A stretch of DNA of 63,814 nt, counting the filler, from Folioceros fuciformis (taxonomy: Eukaryota), in NCBI GenBank assembly GCA_049999805.1. It is 6 parts of 6 records of this genome, joined end to end, with 100 filler letters (N's around TTAATTAATTAA, not from the genome) between each part and the next. Parts side by side here need not be neighbours in the genome. Positions count along the whole stretch, not along the records: positions 55,545 to 63,814 come from JBNGIO010002036.1; 5 more parts are not named here. The stretch is one strand, 5' to 3'. A model generated the notes under the pieces. It was given only the letters and a program-made list of their open reading frames with translations. It searched no databases and had not been told where the DNA came from. Position numbers and translations under genes: made by a program. Within the stretch, counting starts at the first letter, position 1. Each line of letters opens with the position of its first letter. Below are positions 61,481 to 63,814 of the stretch, one piece after another.

Positions 61481-63104
61481 GTGTAGCTCGTGCATCTGGA
61501 GCTTCCAACGCTGTCCCCTTTCCTGTGGCAGGATTTGAGGCGTAGACACGGGAGGTTAGCTCACATTGCAAACGCCAAGGAAGTTTCATGCTCTCCTGAC
61601 CTGAAAGACCAAGCTCAACTGGAACGTGCAGGATGTGGTAGTCCGAGGATTCCACAAGTAGACCCACCTTCCTGCAAGCTTCGTTCCCACGAGAAGAGCT
61701 TCTTCCAACGATATGCATAATGAATGTTGGTGGAATAGCATCAGATTGCAAAGAAGAGGGGAGATGCTGCACATAGATGCATCTCTAGCAAAAACTGTAA
61801 ACTACTACGGAATGCGTGCATCTCACAGTCCTTCTTGGAGAGACGCATACACGGTTAGCAGGTTGAGAGAGAAGACTCTCTGGCGCCTACAGATGTGCTG
61901 CGCTTGCTCTGGTTTCCTATGTTACTTCAACTCTCGTTACCGACGTGCATACGTACATTTGGAGTGCGGGATCGTAGTGAGGTTCTAGTGAGCGCCTTGA
62001 CATGAATTGCCATCGTTTCCAAGGGCAAGTCTAACATGTAGTACGCATTTGTGCAGGTGTGGAGGTTTGCGGGTATGGCTAGACTTCATAGTCACGTTTC
62101 CTTCGTCAATGTCGTGTATACGGGGCTTCCCCTCGCGCCGGACACATGTCTGATCTCCAGAGGTCGGATCTGGAGTAGGATGCTGTATTAACACGAGACT
62201 GTCCAAGAGAAGGAGCAGAGGCCTCTGTGCCACACCGTGGGCGGACGTGGCTGGCCCTGGAACCCTGGATTCATCCTGATTCGTCCAGATGCTGGCAAGA
62301 GTGTACGTATCTACATGTCGGTAGGTAAGCGGGGGTTTTGTGTTGGCGAATACGACACGAACGTTTGTTTTCATACCAGGGGAATGTTGACCGATGAGCT
62401 CGGTCTTCGTGCGCTCGGTCTCGTGACACGAGACCGAGCTCCTGTTGTCCTGTACTGCTGTCACCCACACTTCGTTCATCACCTGTATGCCGTCATGTTG
62501 AGACTTTGACTGTGTCCATCCTGATAGTGCTTGCGAAATTGGTGGAATGTGTCCTCCTGGAAGCAGATTTGTCTCAAGTTGAGGAAGATTGAGAGACTTT
62601 CTCCATCCTGAAGGCGAGGAGAAGCGACAGCCGAGCGGAAGTAGAGTGTATTTCGGTTTCGAAAGCATTCCGAGAAGGACTCCGTGCACATCCTGAGCAA
62701 GCAACGTCTGTCAATAATCTCGGGAGGAAGTTGGCCTGGTCAAGTTCCCGAGAGTCCAGTCCGATTCCCGATCGGTCCACCTTTAGCGAGCCCGGTACCT
62801 GCAACCTCCTTGCACGTTTTTCGGACTGCACTGGAGAGCGACTGGCACTCGGACTGGACTGGCGGCAGGGGGGCGCACAGGGACTCTTGTCTTATCTCTC
62901 CCAGTCTCACTCGCAGTCCCGATCCACCGGAGAGGGAGGTGGCTGGCAACCCATCCGCACTGCACCCCAAAGCGGAGTGGCGGGGAGACGACCCTGCGCC
63001 TGTACAAAAGCGGAGGGAGAGGCCGTCACTCCATGGATAAACCGCGTCCACTTCTCGTGGGAAATGGGATGGCGAGCTCTCCAAGGACCCAGAGCTGGAA
63101 GAGG

Positions 63105-63814
63105 ATGAGAGCAGGTCGAGGTAGGGGGAAGGCTTGCTGCCTCCTGTCCCTGCTGCTCCAGGTCGCGCTCTGTCTGGCGGCCACGGACCCGGGCGACCTG
63201 GCGGCGCTGCAGGCGGTGAAGGCCCGCCTGACCGACCCCAACAACAAGCTTGCGAACTGGGTGGGGGACGATCCCTGCAACGCGCCGTGGGAGGGCGTCT
63301 TCTGCACCACGGACGCGGCAGGGATGTCCCGTGTCGTGGAGCTGAGGCTATTCCGGATGGGACTGCAGGGGACGCTGGCGCCGGAGATCGGCAACCTCGT
63401 GCAGCTGACGACGCTGAACGTGATGTGGAATGAGATCACGGGCGGGCTGCCCTCGAGCGTGGGCAATTTGACGAATCTCTTCCTCCTGCTGGTTAACGGG
63501 AACAAGATGTCGGGTCCCCTCCCTCCCGAGCTCGGATACCTCTCCGGCCTCAACCGCATCCAGATTGACCAGAACAACTTCTCGGGCCCGCTCCCGGCGA
63601 CCTTCAGCAACCTCCGCAGCATCCAGCACTTGCACATGAACAACAACTCCCTGGCCGGCCCGATCCCGCCCTTTCTCGGCTCCCTCCCGAACCTCGTCCA
63701 CATCCTGCTCGACAACAACCAAATCACCGGCGACATCCCCAGCGACATCGGCAACAGCCCCTCCCTCCTCATCCTCCAGCTCGACAACAACCCCCTGTCC
63801 CCGCAGCCGATCCC
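63105..63814 (+). CDS. LRR receptor-like kinase ectodomain, LRR-VIII-1-like (3' partial)
   Basis: Signal peptide; TDPGDLAALQAVK..LANWVGDDPC..WEGVFC LRR cap; repeats with LNVMWNEITG, LLLVNGNKMSG, LNRIQIDQN, HLHMNNNSL, HILLDNN and ILQLDNN. Open to the window end; kinase domain not in the window. Confidence 0.88.
   Translation, partial: MRAGRGRGKACCLLSLLLQVALCLAATDPGDLAALQAVKARLTDPNNKLANWVGDDPCNAPWEGVFCTTDAAGMSRVVELRLFRMGLQGTLAPEIGNLVQLTTLNVMWNEITGGLPSSVGNLTNLFLLLVNGNKMSGPLPPELGYLSGLNRIQIDQNNFSGPLPATFSNLRSIQHLHMNNNSLAGPIPPFLGSLPNLVHILLDNNQITGDIPSDIGNSPSLLILQLDNNPLSPQPI

Noticed and set aside
63026-63790. 254-aa minus-strand ORF, and similar antisense ORFs over the GRAS and transporter genes
   Set aside because: Antisense shadows of GC3-rich genuine coding sequence.

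Overview
Nuclear DNA from a compact, short-intron, GC-rich land-plant genome. A non-seed plant such as a hornwort is an inference from gene style, not a determination. The window is stitched from six contigs joined by artificial 100-nt linkers (N44-TTAATTAATTAA-N44), so adjacency across them is unproven. In order it holds: about 8 kb of microsatellite-dense DNA with no convincing gene; an RPT3 pseudogene; a RING-H2 gene; a bulb-type lectin; an ANT1/AVT-type amino acid transporter; MAD2; a clade IV bHLH; tRNA-Ala(CGC); an ArfGAP; a 919-aa GRAS protein; a probable ZWINT1-like gene; a plastid 2Fe-2S ferredoxin-like gene; a multi-pass membrane protein resembling PHTF-type 7TM channels; U2AF35; nested degenerate Ty1/copia elements; a bacterial-type RNase HII with a decayed duplicate; a duplicated H/ACA snoRNA cluster; and the start of an LRR receptor kinase. 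The most striking item is a spliced 399-aa gene (47878-46468, minus strand). It joins a predicted organellar targeting peptide, an OSB-type PDF ssDNA-binding motif and a DYW deaminase domain with intact catalytic residues, and it has no PPR repeats. All family assignments come from motif recognition by eye; no database searches were run.
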